Shown: positions 38,262 to 48,499, numbered from the stretch's first letter. The stretch: 64,000 bases of DNA from Gemmatimonadota bacterium (GCA_036679645.1 JAZDCY010000068.1:1-64000); one strand, 5' to 3'. The notes: generated from the letters alone by a model not told the origin. Program-made: numbers and translations.

Positions 38262-38408
38262 CGCTCGGCTCTGCCGATAAATCGGCCGCCTGCGAACACC
38301 CGCTTCAGCGGGAGAGCCGAACGCGCCCGCGAGCGTGCGAGCGGCGCGTGGCCGAGCATCGCGAGTCGCAGACGAGCGATGACTCGGCAACCGCGGGTTT
38401 ACCCGCGA
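38262..38408. repeat. Dense multi-hairpin intergenic element
   Basis: TCGGCTCT/AGAGCCGA encloses GCCGAT-AA-ATCGGC and CCCGCT-TC-AGCGGG. It is followed by ACGCGCC..GGCGCGT, GCCGAG-CATCGC..GCGATG-ACTCGGC and CGCGGGT-TT-ACCCGCG. Confidence 0.5.
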
Positions 38409-38454
38409 ATCCTCCCGGCTGGCGCTCGACGGTTCTGGCCCTATCGTCTGGCAG

Positions 38455-38655
38455 ATGGAGAAAACCTCCCGCCCCATCGGACTCCGTCAACGCATCGCGG
38501 GTGTCGCGTTGCTGCTTCTCGTGCCATCCTCGCTCGCAGCACAAGTACCCATCACCTATCTGCCGGCACCGGACACCGCGACGTTTCGGTCGCACACCAT
38601 GCAATGCGGACTCCGCGTGACCCTGCGTCGCATGCGAGTGAGACAGGACCCATAG
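38455..38655 (+). pseudogene. Probable N-terminal remnant of a secreted protein
   Basis: Signal-peptide-like RQRIAGVALLLLVPSSLAAQ followed by a short degenerate tail. Confidence 0.35.
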
Positions 38656-38708
38656 CCGCCGCTGCCGACTTGTCAAGTCAAACCATTCCTGCGACCTTAG
38701 GCGCCACT

Positions 38709-39305
38709 ATGAAAACAACTCTCAAGACCTCCGGCATCGTAATCCTAGTTTCCGCGTTCGGCCTCGGATGTGCCGCGGAATCCGATCCACCCCCCAATGT
38801 TGCTGACGAGCCCGCCGATGTGACGCCAGTTGCCGAACCGGCCGCGGCCGCGTCAGTCGCGGAACCCGAACCGGTCGCGGCACTCGAACCGGCCGAGCCA
38901 TGTCCGCTGTTCGACACCACCACACTCGACCGGCTGGCCGTGGACGCCGGCGCCCCTGCCTCGGGAAGCGTCGCGAACGAGTATACCAACGAAACCGACT
39001 ACACGACGTTCAGTGGCACACACGCGGACCACTTCACGCGTTTCAGGACGTATGTGAGTCCCGGGACCTTCTTCGTCGACGTTATCGAAGGCGGCGAACG
39101 GTCGGACGGTTCCAAGTACAATGTCGTCTCTGTATCCTGCGCGTCCAACGGGCTCGAATTGACCCCGTGCCCCTCCCTCGCCGAGCTGCAGGACCACCCG
39201 CGCAGCAAAGGAACCATGCTCACGATCGCGTCGATCTTTCCGATCACGAGCGGCGAAGCGGCAGCCTGCCGGAGCGAAATCGAAGGGTCACGGCTCTTTC
39301 AGTAG
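38709..39305 (+). CDS. Hypothetical lipoprotein
   Basis: MKTTLK + hydrophobic core + LGC lipobox, Pro/Ala/Glu linker, four further Cys. Confidence 0.7.
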   Translation: MKTTLKTSGIVILVSAFGLGCAAESDPPPNVADEPADVTPVAEPAAAASVAEPEPVAALEPAEPCPLFDTTTLDRLAVDAGAPASGSVANEYTNETDYTTFSGTHADHFTRFRTYVSPGTFFVDVIEGGERSDGSKYNVVSVSCASNGLELTPCPSLAELQDHPRSKGTMLTIASIFPITSGEAAACRSEIEGSRLFQ

Positions 39306-39351
39306 GACGTATCGCACCGACGCAGCACGTTGACGTTTGGGCGATGGATTC

Positions 39352-39470
39352 ATGAACCCCGTCACGCACGTTCTTGCTAGCTGGGCGATTGGCCAACGCA
39401 GGTTCAGCGGAACGTCGCGACCTTGGCATCGTGCTGGCCGCTGGCACTGTCCCTGGACGTCGACTCCCGG
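39352..39470 (+). pseudogene. Frameshifted N-terminal remnant of a YdjM-type metal-dependent hydrolase
   Basis: MNPVTHVLASW / ANAGSAERRDLGIVLAAGTVP / DVD spread over three frames (H and PD.D motifs). Confidence 0.55.
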
Positions 39471-39629
39471 GACCGCTATCGGCAAGCTGAGCCTGCCACG
39501 CTTGCCTTGCTCGCGAGAGACCCCCACCCGTCAACGGCGAGACACTACAGGACGTACCGCTCGGCGATGATCGGCGGCATGAAGCCGTCGTTGCCATACG
39601 CGCGGATCTTCCTTCTACGTCACGCTCCC

Positions 39630-42266
39630 CTACCTTCCGCCCGCAACGACATCGATCGCTAGATTCGCCGCCTCCACAAGCGCATTGAACACCAACTTGA
39701 ACGTGCCGTGCGTCTGCGCGCGGTGTTGTGCGCGGAACCCTATCAACACAACCGTTCCCTCACCGTGACGGACCGCGACCATCGCCGCCTTGTTGGCAAT
39801 GTGATTCTCTCCTAACAGCCATCCACTCTGCAGGATGTCGCGATCGATGAAGCTCGCGATGCGTCTGACGTCTTGGTTCCGGGGGCCCGGGTTGACCGCA
39901 TAGACCTGATTGCCTCGTAGAAACATTGCCAGCGCGCTGCCTGGCATGCCGTAGCCCAGCGGGTGTGTGTTGTCGACCGTGATCTTGAGCGTCGATCCCG
40001 GTGACCAGAACTCGCGCGACGGCACGCCCGCCACGACGTTTCTCACCGGCAACTCGAACTTCTCGATAGCGAGCTGACTGGCCGACGCAAACGTCACCAA
40101 TGTGCCTCCGTGCTCGACGAATGCCTCGAGCGCGTCCACTCCCTCCTGCCCGAAACCGCTGCGATACTCCGGGGGATACGCATCGCGTCCACCGCCGCCG
40201 AAGCGCCCACCACCGCCTTCCGGCGGCTCCTCTCCAGTCATGCGCGACACGTTGTCGTCCGGCAGAATGATGACGTCATACTTGTCGTGGAGGTCGTCAT
40301 CCTGAATATCGTCGTCGAGCATCGACGTGTACTCGAAACCGAAATGCTCCAACAGCCACCGCGTCCATCCCTCGTCCGCGTTGCCGCCAAGGTATCGGTG
40401 ATACATCCCGATGCGCGGACGCGCGACGGCGTGACTGATCGCCGCAGCGTTTACATCGAGCGCGGCAAAGTCGACGCCTGTGGCGTCACCGATCCGGGCG
40501 ACTGCCTCTGGGGCTGCAGACCCGTCGATAACCCAATCGCCCGGCCGCAGGTTACCGGACGCCCGATCCACGCGCCGAACATCGGCATCTTCCGACCACA
40601 ACATGTTGACTGCCAGGAAGCTGGCGTTGAGTCGCCCGTCGAGCACGTAACCGTTCGAGCCGGGCGTCACCATGCCCGCGGGATCGAGGCTGTCCGTGAC
40701 GAGTGCCAGGTTCCCCGGCACCATTGAGCCAACCGGATCGACGCGCACACCCATATACTCGGCGATGTTGTCGGTGGACATGTCGTAAGGCCGAATGGGA
40801 TTACCGTCCCGGTCACGCGTGTACGTGTTATCCGGGTAGAAGGTGCGGCCAAGCAGCCACCGTATGACACCACGCTTCGGCTGCGCCATTGGGACGACGT
40901 ACGATCCCGCCCCGTACACGCGCCCCTCGTGCGTGAACGCGCTCGCCGACCGGCGCACCTCGATCCCCTGCCCCAGCAGCTTGTTGACCATCGTGCCAGC
41001 GGTAAGCGGATCGTGCTGCTCGGCTGGGACGATGAACGCCACGGTCTCGCCGTTGGCTCCGCGTTCGGTCTGTCGACTGGCTTTGAGGTACGCGGTGCGA
41101 AGAACCGTTTCACGGTTGCGAGCGGCTATATCCAATGCGGCAAAAGTCGCGATCTTCTGGTTGATGACCATGTCGCGTACCGTCCACCAGCCGCCCGGCC
41201 ACGGATTGGGAAACGTGGTTTGCGCTTCGTACTCGGGTAGCTGTCGCGAGCCACGCAGCTGGTCCGGATGTATGTAGATCGGCGTCGCGAGTCGCGCGCT
41301 CGCCGACTCCGTAAGCATGCCTGCGATGTTGTGGAACGGCGTGATCCAATGAAACCCGAAGTGGCCCCACCCGGAATAGACCGCTGAATTCACCACGCCT
41401 CGGCGGCCGGCCTCCTCCGCTTTGTACGCGATGTGCGCCCCGTACCACGACATCTCGCGCCAGACGAGCGGATCGGCGTCGGGACGGATCGGTTCCGCGT
41501 AGGGAGGAACGTAGATGCGGGCGCCGTACGCGCCCATCTGGTGATGGTCGATATAGGCCTGCGGCACCCATTCGCGAAACAGGATCTCGGCGCCGTAGTA
41601 CGACTCGACGGTGTTTTGCATGAACGCATCACGATTATTGTCGTGGCCGATGTAGTGATGGTACAGCTCCGGTGGTCCGACACCTTCGTAATCCGTGCCG
41701 AGCCATCGGTCGTACCAATCGGTCACGATGATGTTGCCGTCAGGATTGAACGCAGGGATAAGGATGGAGATCGTGTTGTCGAGGATCGTGAGCATCTCCT
41801 CGTCCGCGCGCGTCACCATCTCGTAGGCTATCTCCGCGGCGGTTTGCGTTGACGCCACCTCGGTGGAGTGTAGCCCGTACGACTGCACGAAAACGACTTT
41901 CCCATTCGCAATGGCGTTCTCGATGACCGCTTCGGAATGACCGCGAGGATCGGTCAACACCGCGTTCATCTGCTTGAATTCATCGAGCCGTGCCATGTTG
42001 GCCGACGACGAGACGTAGAGCGCCAGAAACGGATTGCCGAGCGTGCTCGGACCCATGTTCACGACCTGCATACGCTCGCTGCGTTCGCCCAACAGGTTGT
42101 AGTACTCGACCAACCGGTCCCACCTAGCCAGCCTGCGGTCCGCGCCCATCTGATAGCCGAAGAACTCTTCCGGGCTTGGGATTTGTTGTGCCACTGCCGT
42201 GGTCGGAAACGCCAATGCGGCGACCATGGTCAGCATGACAATGCGAGAAGGGCGGTGCGTTTTCAT
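39630..42266 (-). CDS. Secreted M14 zinc carboxypeptidase family protein with a C-terminal class I glutamine amidotransferase-like domain
   Basis: LHSTE, NPDG, DNNRD, DHHQMG; C-terminal DEGWTRWLLE, YDVIILP, GFRAQHRAQ. Confidence 0.9.
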   Translation of the reverse strand: MKTHRPSRIVMLTMVAALAFPTTAVAQQIPSPEEFFGYQMGADRRLARWDRLVEYYNLLGERSERMQVVNMGPSTLGNPFLALYVSSSANMARLDEFKQMNAVLTDPRGHSEAVIENAIANGKVVFVQSYGLHSTEVASTQTAAEIAYEMVTRADEEMLTILDNTISILIPAFNPDGNIIVTDWYDRWLGTDYEGVGPPELYHHYIGHDNNRDAFMQNTVESYYGAEILFREWVPQAYIDHHQMGAYGARIYVPPYAEPIRPDADPLVWREMSWYGAHIAYKAEEAGRRGVVNSAVYSGWGHFGFHWITPFHNIAGMLTESASARLATPIYIHPDQLRGSRQLPEYEAQTTFPNPWPGGWWTVRDMVINQKIATFAALDIAARNRETVLRTAYLKASRQTERGANGETVAFIVPAEQHDPLTAGTMVNKLLGQGIEVRRSASAFTHEGRVYGAGSYVVPMAQPKRGVIRWLLGRTFYPDNTYTRDRDGNPIRPYDMSTDNIAEYMGVRVDPVGSMVPGNLALVTDSLDPAGMVTPGSNGYVLDGRLNASFLAVNMLWSEDADVRRVDRASGNLRPGDWVIDGSAAPEAVARIGDATGVDFAALDVNAAAISHAVARPRIGMYHRYLGGNADEGWTRWLLEHFGFEYTSMLDDDIQDDDLHDKYDVIILPDDNVSRMTGEEPPEGGGGRFGGGGRDAYPPEYRSGFGQEGVDALEAFVEHGGTLVTFASASQLAIEKFELPVRNVVAGVPSREFWSPGSTLKITVDNTHPLGYGMPGSALAMFLRGNQVYAVNPGPRNQDVRRIASFIDRDILQSGWLLGENHIANKAAMVAVRHGEGTVVLIGFRAQHRAQTHGTFKLVFNALVEAANLAIDVVAGGR

Positions 42267-42389
42267 GGGATGATCCTGAGCAGAACGTGCGTGACCAAAA
42301 AGACGTCAGGAGAGCGACGATATCCCGCGAGAGCCACACCTGTCAACAGGGCACAGACACCTCAATCGTGGGCAGAATACCGGCTTCAC

Positions 42390-42943
42390 GATTGCTTCAC
42401 GACCTACTCACTCTTGGGGAAGTGGTGGACGCTTTCATTGATAGCTATCTCGAATCACACGCGATGGCCGTCGGCGGCCTCGCCGGCCGCGTCTGCCCAA
42501 TGGCCGGTGCACCGGAAGAACAGACGAGCGTGCGAGCGCGCTACGATGCCGAGATCGCCCAGGCGGCCGAGTTCATGCAGGCCGAGGATATGGCGGCAGA
42601 GGAGAGGCTGCGGCGGCGCCGGATTCGTGCGGCGGTCGTGTTCATCGAGAGCTACCGCGAGCTACCACTGCTCGCCTGGCCGCGCGAGATCCTGGACGGC
42701 GTCGTGGCAGTCGAGCAGGCCTACGTCATCTTCCGCCAGCGGCACGCGCGCATGGCCGAGCGCATCATTGGACGCCGCGTGGGCACCGGTGGCTCCACCG
42801 GCGTGGACTACCTGGACGAGGGCGCGCTCCGGTACCGCGTCTTCCACGACCTGTGGGTCGCACGCACGCTGCTGGTACGCCGTGATCGCCTGCCGGATCC
42901 TATCAGCTCGGAGTTCTACGGCTTCCAGTTCGAAACAGGGTAA
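42390..42943 (+). pseudogene. C-terminal fragment of a tryptophan 2,3-dioxygenase family protein
   Basis: FRQRHARMAERIIGRRVGTGGSTGVDYL (heme-ligand His and GTGGS loop). No credible start or N-terminal half. Confidence 0.7.
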
Positions 42944-43064
42944 GTCGCCCGACCCTCTGACGGTGCATTCGCGCGCTGGCCGTTGGGTGCGCCGGCGATG
43001 TTGCCGGCGCCCACGTGTCTCGCTCCAACACATTGCAATAACACGACTTAGGCTCACACAAGCT

Positions 43065-43106
43065 ATTCATGTGTCTAATTCATGAATAACTAACTACATT
43101 CATGAT
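43065..43106 (+). promoter_or_regulatory. Probable RHH operator/promoter of vapBC
   Basis: ATTCATG occurs at 43065, 43078 (palindrome ATTCATGAAT) and 43098. -10 TACATT lies 6 nt before the ATG. Confidence 0.55.
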
Positions 43107-43385
43107 ATGAAGAAGCGCGTCTCCGAGCCCGTTCCGGTTCAGGTGTATCTCGCTCCAACCGAGCGCGAACGATTGGAGCGCCTGGCCGAGCAGCTCGATA
43201 CCACCAAGTCCGAGGCGCTCCGGCGGGGTATCCTGGCGCTCGAGCGCGAGCTGACCGATCCGGCCGCCCACCCTGCCCTGCGCCTCATTGGACTGGTAGG
43301 AAAGACTCGGCCTTCCGACAAAGCCTACGATGTGGCCCGCGAGCACGACCGCGCGCTCGCGGATGACGAAGAACGCAGCTGGTAA
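43107..43385 (+). CDS. vapB: Ribbon-helix-helix (CopG-type) antitoxin
   Basis: VQVYL...ERERLERLAEQLDTTKSEALRRGI; DVAREHD..LA. Confidence 0.8.
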   Translation: MKKRVSEPVPVQVYLAPTERERLERLAEQLDTTKSEALRRGILALERELTDPAAHPALRLIGLVGKTRPSDKAYDVAREHDRALADDEERSW

Positions 43386-43386
43386 C

Positions 43387-43806
43387 GTGAGCGCTGAGGT
43401 CTTCGTCGACACGAGCGCCTGGTATCCGATCGCTATCGCGTCGCATCCGGATCACGAACGCGTGGTGGGAGCGCTCCGCGACGCGGTTCAGTCGGGTATG
43501 CGCCTGGTGACCACGAACCTGGTCGTCGCCGAGTGCCACGCACTCCTAATGCGGCGGGTGCATCGGAAAGCGGCGTTGACCTTTGTGCGCACCGTGCGCG
43601 AGCCGCCTAATCTCGTCGTCGTGACTACTGTGGCGTTAGAAGCTGCAGCTGTACGTGACTGGCTCGAGCGTTTTGCCGATCAGGACTACTCGTTCACCGA
43701 CGCCGTGAGCTTCGCGGCAATGGCGGAGCGTGAGATGACGGACGCACTCGCGCTCGACCACCACTTTTCGGCGGCGGGGTTTCGGCTGTTGCCGGGAGGG
43801 GCGTAG
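43387..43806 (+). CDS. vapC: PIN-domain toxin
   Basis: FVDTSAW, TTNLVVAE, YSFTDAVSF, ALDHHF..AGF. Confidence 0.9.
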   Translation: MSAEVFVDTSAWYPIAIASHPDHERVVGALRDAVQSGMRLVTTNLVVAECHALLMRRVHRKAALTFVRTVREPPNLVVVTTVALEAAAVRDWLERFADQDYSFTDAVSFAAMAEREMTDALALDHHFSAAGFRLLPGGA

Positions 43807-43813
43807 AGCGGTC

Positions 43814-44092
43814 GGCCCCACCGACAGCGACGCGTATTGCTGGGGCCCGAACGAGTTCGGCCAAGTGGGCGACGGTACCACCGTGGATCGCGCGGCGCCC
43901 ACCCTGGTGACGGGCGGCCACAAGTTCATCGACATAGCTACGGGTGGCCGGCAAACGTGCGGGGTCACCGTGGACCGGGAGATGTATTGCTGGGGCTTGA
44001 ACTCGGCCGGACAACTCGGCGCGGGGTTATTGCCGACCATTGGTGATACAGATCCGCATCCGACGCCACTCAAGGTGCTGAACCCATCCTGA
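43814..44092 (+). pseudogene. C-terminal fragment of an RCC1-repeat protein
   Basis: AYCWGPNEFGQVGDG...TCGVT...YCWGLNSAGQLG; no start. Confidence 0.75.
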
Positions 44093-44114
44093 TCCCGGGT
44101 GCAGCCGGGGGAAC

Positions 44115-44142
44115 GTTGGGGCGGCGCACGCGTCGCCCCAAC
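44115..44142. repeat. REP-like palindrome
   Basis: GTTGGGGCGGCGC-AC-GCGTCGCCCCAAC resembles GTAGGGGCG...CGCCCCTAC REPs. Confidence 0.55.
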
Positions 44143-44226
44143 TCAGGACGTTGACGCCCGCTCATCCCAACCCCCCACTCGCGTCCGCTTCACGAAAAAG
44201 GTCCGCTCGGGACTGGCGCGCTGCCG

Positions 44227-44580
44227 CTAACGACTGTTCTTCGATCCGGATTCCACTACCTCCCGCTCCAAACGCTCAGCCACCCACTTGTTGAGGCTCT
44301 TTCCTTCACGTGCTGCCGCTATGGTGACCTCCCGATGCAATGCCGGATCGATGCGCAGCACGAACTTGCCGGACAACGGTTTGTTCGGATCTTCCCCACG
44401 CTCAGCACAAAACGCGACATAATCGTCGACCGAGTCCTTGAGCGCCTTGCGGAGTTCCCTGACAGTGCGTCCTTGGAACGTGATGACATCCCGCGTATTC
44501 AGCACCTGCCCGTGGAGGAGACCCGCTTCTTCATCGAGCGTCACCTGTCCGATGTATCCCTTGTACATGATCGTGTTCAT
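44227..44580 (-). CDS. hicB: HicB antitoxin
   Basis: YKGYIG....DEE..LLHG.V....DVITFQG; SVDDY..FC...G..P.KP.SGKFVLRIDP.LH; SLN.WV. Confidence 0.93.
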   Translation of the reverse strand: MNTIMYKGYIGQVTLDEEAGLLHGQVLNTRDVITFQGRTVRELRKALKDSVDDYVAFCAERGEDPNKPLSGKFVLRIDPALHREVTIAAAREGKSLNKWVAERLEREVVESGSKNSR

Positions 44581-44846
44581 GGAGCTACTCCCGCGCGCGT
44601 CAGGAATTCCCTCATGGAGCGCACTGACCCCTTGTCCATTTCCTTGCGAGGATGCGGGCGATGAAACACCGCTCGCACACCACCCAAATACACCCGCACC
44701 CGTGACCCTCCTCCCTCGGTCACCTCGGCGTTCAGCGCCTTGAGCAGTGCCTCAACCCGCTTCCATTCGACATCCGACCGGACTGGGACCTCGCATATCG
44801 CCGCAAGCGTGCGCCTATGGCGGGCCCCGAGCGACTTCTGTGACAC
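44577..44846 (-). CDS. hicA: HicA mRNA interferase toxin
   Basis: W..VEALL.AL.A...EG.GSRVRV.L....VFHRPHP; ATGA overlap with hicB. Confidence 0.92.
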   Translation of the reverse strand: MSQKSLGARHRRTLAAICEVPVRSDVEWKRVEALLKALNAEVTEGGGSRVRVYLGGVRAVFHRPHPRKEMDKGSVRSMREFLTRAGVAP

Positions 44847-44851
44847 AAATC

Positions 44852-44880
44852 ATGATATCATATGATGATATCACTGTCAA
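44852..44880 (-). promoter_or_regulatory. Consensus sigma70 promoter of hicAB overlapped by two TGATATCA palindromes
   Basis: TTGACA-N17-TATCAT. TGATATCA at 44853-44860 and 44866-44873. GTG start 5 nt after the -10. Confidence 0.8.
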
Positions 44881-44983
44881 TTAGGACGGGGCAAGTTGCT
44901 GGCGGTCACAAGTTCGCCGACGCCGAGACAGGTGGCGCCCACTCGTGATGGCTTCGAGATCGCGGGCCTTCTCGCGCGCGGGG

Positions 44984-46495
44984 TCATTGCGACGACCCTG
45001 TGTCCCTCGTAGCAGAGATCCCCATCTTCTTGATCCGCGAGTTGAGCGTCGTTGGCTTGACGCCGAGTAACGCCGCAGCTCCATCGGGCCCGTACACGCG
45101 CCAATTCGTGTGCTCCAACGCCCGAAGGACGTTGTCACGTTCCTGGCGGCGCATCTCTACCTCCGGGATCACCGCGACCTCTGCATCACCGGACTCGGCG
45201 TTGCTCGCGCCGGCGTTCATGGCCCGACGCGTACCGGCGTGTGGTAGATCGAACACGAGACGCGGCCCGCGCATCGTGATGAGGGCGCGCTCGACAACAT
45301 TCTGCAGTTCCCGCACATTCCCCGGCCACTCGTACGCCTGCAGACGCCGGACGTCGTGGGTCGTGAGTGCGGGGACCGTGCGATTGAGTCTGCGGGAGAC
45401 CTGCTCAATGTGGCGAGACGCGAGGAGCGGAATGTCGTCCTTGCGGTGACGCAGCGGTGCAACTTCAACAGGAAACACGTTGAGTCGGTAGTAGAGATCC
45501 TGGCGAAAACGGCCCGCCTCGACCTCCTGTTTGAGGTTGCGATTGGTGGCCGTGATGAGTCTGACGTCGACGGTCCTGGTCCTTTCCTCCCCCACCCGTT
45601 CGAACTCTCCCTCCTGAATCACGCGGAGGAGCTTGCTCTGCATCTCGAGCGGGATCTCTCCCACCTCGTCGAGAAACAATGTGCCCTGGTCAGCGAGTTG
45701 GAAGCGACCAACCCGATCCCGCACCGCGCCCGTGAAAGCGCCGCGCACGTGGCCAAAGAATTCGCTCTCGAACAGCTCCCGCGGAATCGACGCGCAGTTG
45801 ACCTTAATCAACGGCTTGTCCTTCCTCGGACTCAGCGCGTGCACCGCTCGCGCCACCAGCTCCTTTCCGGTCCCCGTCTCGCCCGTGATCACCACGTTGG
45901 CCTGGGTCGGCGCGACCGTCGCGATGGCCGCGAGCACACTCTGCATTGCCGCCGATCGGCCGACGATCTCCTCGAAGTTGTGTTGTGTCTTGATTTCTTC
46001 CTGAAGGTAGAGGTTCTCGGCGTGTAGCTGCTCCTTCAGCGCCTCTACCTCGGCCAGCGCCAGGCGGAGTTCTTCTTCGACGCGCTTGAGGTCGGTGATT
46101 TCCTGGCCGTATCCCAGGACATGCGTGACGTTGCCGTCGGCGTCGAGAACGGGACTGAACGTGCGCACGTAGTTCCGCGCCCGTCCCCGCCCCCGCTTGT
46201 CGGGCCACACCTCTTCGAAGGTGACCGTTTCTTTCTCCGCCACGCACTGCTCGATGACCGACTGCCGCCTGTCCGCGATGGCCATCGGGTACTTTCGTTC
46301 GCGACAGAAGTCGTGATGTGTCTTGCCCAACACCCACCGTCGCACCGCCGGATCGCGGATCCCCGACGGTGTGGTGAACAGGAACCGACCGGCCGGGTCG
46401 AATACGCCAATCTCCGCCGGGATATTATTGAATAGACGCCGGTACTGCTCGAGCTCGGTGAGTAGGTCCGAGGTCGGTTCGTCTCCAGGCGACAT
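44984..46495 (-). CDS. PAS-domain sigma54-dependent enhancer-binding activator (FhlA/NifA-like)
   Basis: PAS, coiled coil, GETGTGKE, ESEFFGH..GAFTGA, LFLDEVGE, FRQDLYYRLNVFP, WPGNVREL, C-terminal HTH. Confidence 0.95.
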   Translation of the reverse strand: MSPGDEPTSDLLTELEQYRRLFNNIPAEIGVFDPAGRFLFTTPSGIRDPAVRRWVLGKTHHDFCRERKYPMAIADRRQSVIEQCVAEKETVTFEEVWPDKRGRGRARNYVRTFSPVLDADGNVTHVLGYGQEITDLKRVEEELRLALAEVEALKEQLHAENLYLQEEIKTQHNFEEIVGRSAAMQSVLAAIATVAPTQANVVITGETGTGKELVARAVHALSPRKDKPLIKVNCASIPRELFESEFFGHVRGAFTGAVRDRVGRFQLADQGTLFLDEVGEIPLEMQSKLLRVIQEGEFERVGEERTRTVDVRLITATNRNLKQEVEAGRFRQDLYYRLNVFPVEVAPLRHRKDDIPLLASRHIEQVSRRLNRTVPALTTHDVRRLQAYEWPGNVRELQNVVERALITMRGPRLVFDLPHAGTRRAMNAGASNAESGDAEVAVIPEVEMRRQERDNVLRALEHTNWRVYGPDGAAALLGVKPTTLNSRIKKMGISATRDTGSSQ

Positions 46496-46540
46496 GAGTC
46501 AGATCCTCCAGTTCGCCGAATTACCTTCCACAACAATAGA

Positions 46541-46591
46541 ACGATAATTCGTCATTTGTTCAATGATATTTCGTTGACAACGAAATATCGT
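46541..46591. promoter_or_regulatory. Three palindromic upstream activator sites (ACGAWAWWTCGT)
   Basis: ACGATAATTCGT 46541-46552, ATGATATTTCGT 46563-46574, ACGAAATATCGT 46580-46591. Confidence 0.7.
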
Positions 46592-46648
46592 TGTAGAATC
46601 TCATCTTATAACACGTTGTGATATAGCTAGTTACGTCACTCGGACGGT

Positions 46649-46663
46649 TGGTATGCCGGTTGC
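46649..46663 (+). promoter_or_regulatory. sigma54 -24/-12 promoter
   Basis: TGGTATGCCGGTTGC (GG-N10-GC), divergent from the activator gene. Confidence 0.8.
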
Positions 46664-46724
46664 CTTTACTGGGGCAGCCGACCTAGGAACGGCTCGCAAC
46701 TGTCACCTACTCAGGAGAGGAACG

Positions 46725-47828
46725 ATGCCGAGAACAGAGACCCCTCAACTTCCGCGGACGGCGCAGTCTGGCGAGGCGCTCGTGGCGACGACAATGAAGG
46801 CCGCGGTCATCCGGGCCTTCGGAGACACCGACGTCTTGCAGTACGACGACGTGCCGACCCCACAACCTGGACCTGGGCACGTGTTGATCAAGGTGCTTGC
46901 GGCCGGGGTGAACCGTCTCGACCACTACATCCGTGCGGGATCAATCGCTCCCGAGCTGCCGTTTCCCTTCATACTGGGCGCGGACGCCGCGGGCGAGGTT
47001 GCCGCTATCGGTGATGGCGTCACCGGCTTCCGGATTGGGGAGCGCGTGGTTCCCGCGCCGGGATGGGCGACCGACGATGCGGAGGCCGACATCCGGCCCA
47101 CCGCCACCGCACCGAGTTTCGCGCTGCCCGGACTACACATCACGGGCACCTATGCTCAGTACATCGAGGTACCGGCCCGGGCCACCGTGAAGGATGACAC
47201 GGGTCTCGACCACGAGCTGGTGGCGACGTTGCCCGTGGTGCTGGCCACCGCGGTCCGGGCGGTCAAGAACGTTGGCGAGGTCAAGGCTGGTGACAAAGTG
47301 CTCGTCCAAGCTGGCGCGTCGGGCTCTGGCAGCATGCTGATCCAGGTAGCCAAGGCACTGGGGGCCGACGTGGCCACCACGATCCGCAACGAAGACAAGC
47401 GTGAGTTTGCGGAGCGCGCCGGTGCCGACCTCGTGATCAACATGAAGACCGAGGACTTCGTCGAGCGCGTCAAGGAATGGACGAACGGCCGGGGCGCCGA
47501 CGTCGTAATCGACAACCTGGGCGGCGACGTCTTGCCCAAGAGCATTGACGCAGCCAAACCATTGGGTGTTGTCGTGGCGTTCGGCTTCGCAGCGGGCACG
47601 GAGATCACATTCAACGTGCAGAGCCTGTTCTTCCCCCAGAAAACGCTGCGGGGAACCATGGCCAGCGACATCGAGGACCTCGAGTGGGGTCTCGAGCAGA
47701 TCAAAGCGGGTCGGATCACACCACTGCTCGACCGCGCGTTGCCGCTGAGCCAAGCGGCGGAGGCGCACCGCTTGATCGCGAACAACGAGATCAGCGGCAA
47801 CATCGTGTTGTTGCCGTGGGTTGAGTAG
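46725..47828 (+). CDS. MDR-family NAD(P)H:quinone oxidoreductase / zinc-binding dehydrogenase-like protein
   Basis: MKAAVI..FG, GVNRLD, LGADAAGEV, AGASGSG, GRGADVVID; AGGAGAGG SD. Confidence 0.9.
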   Translation: MPRTETPQLPRTAQSGEALVATTMKAAVIRAFGDTDVLQYDDVPTPQPGPGHVLIKVLAAGVNRLDHYIRAGSIAPELPFPFILGADAAGEVAAIGDGVTGFRIGERVVPAPGWATDDAEADIRPTATAPSFALPGLHITGTYAQYIEVPARATVKDDTGLDHELVATLPVVLATAVRAVKNVGEVKAGDKVLVQAGASGSGSMLIQVAKALGADVATTIRNEDKREFAERAGADLVINMKTEDFVERVKEWTNGRGADVVIDNLGGDVLPKSIDAAKPLGVVVAFGFAAGTEITFNVQSLFFPQKTLRGTMASDIEDLEWGLEQIKAGRITPLLDRALPLSQAAEAHRLIANNEISGNIVLLPWVE

Positions 47829-47904
47829 GAGTATCGCCGCGCCGGGTGGCAGGGCTCATCGCGCCCTGCCGCCGTCGCGCTTCGCAATAACAAGGAGAAC
47901 CACA

Positions 47905-48477
47905 ATGACAGACTTCACGATACACACGATAGACTCGGCCCCCGAGGCCTCAAAGGACCTCCTGGGAGCCGCACAGGCCAAGTACGGTTTTGTCCCGAAC
48001 CTGTTGGGTGAGATGGCCGATGCACCGTCCATGCTCAAAGCCTACATGACCGTGGGCGACGCGCTCGAGTCCAGCTCCCTTACGCCCCAGGAACAACAAG
48101 TCCTGATACTCACGGTGAGTTACCTGAACGAATGCGCCTACTGCATGACCGCCCATTCGGCCGCCGCCAAGATGGTGGGGCTTCCGGAGGGCGAGATCTC
48201 GGCGCTCCGGAAAGGCCAACCGTTGAGCACTGCCAAGCTCGAAGCGCTGCGCACGTTCGCGACGATCCTCGTCGAGAAGCGCGGTTGGGCATCGGAGGAG
48301 GATGTCGCGGCTTTCTTGGCCGCCGGTTACACGCAAGCCCACATCTTGGAGGTCATCGTGGGCGTCGCGTTCAAGACGTTGAGCAACTTCACCAACCACC
48401 TTGCCAACACCCCGATCGACAAGCAGTTCGCGCGCTTCGCGTGGGAGCCGGCAGAGTCGGCTCAAGACACGGTATAG
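47905..48477 (+). CDS. Carboxymuconolactone decarboxylase/AhpD-like protein
   Basis: GFVPNL, NECAYCMTAH, KTLSNFTNH; AAGGAG SD. Confidence 0.9.
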   Translation: MTDFTIHTIDSAPEASKDLLGAAQAKYGFVPNLLGEMADAPSMLKAYMTVGDALESSSLTPQEQQVLILTVSYLNECAYCMTAHSAAAKMVGLPEGEISALRKGQPLSTAKLEALRTFATILVEKRGWASEEDVAAFLAAGYTQAHILEVIVGVAFKTLSNFTNHLANTPIDKQFARFAWEPAESAQDTV

Positions 48478-48499
48478 AGGCACTTCATAGGTGAATAGG

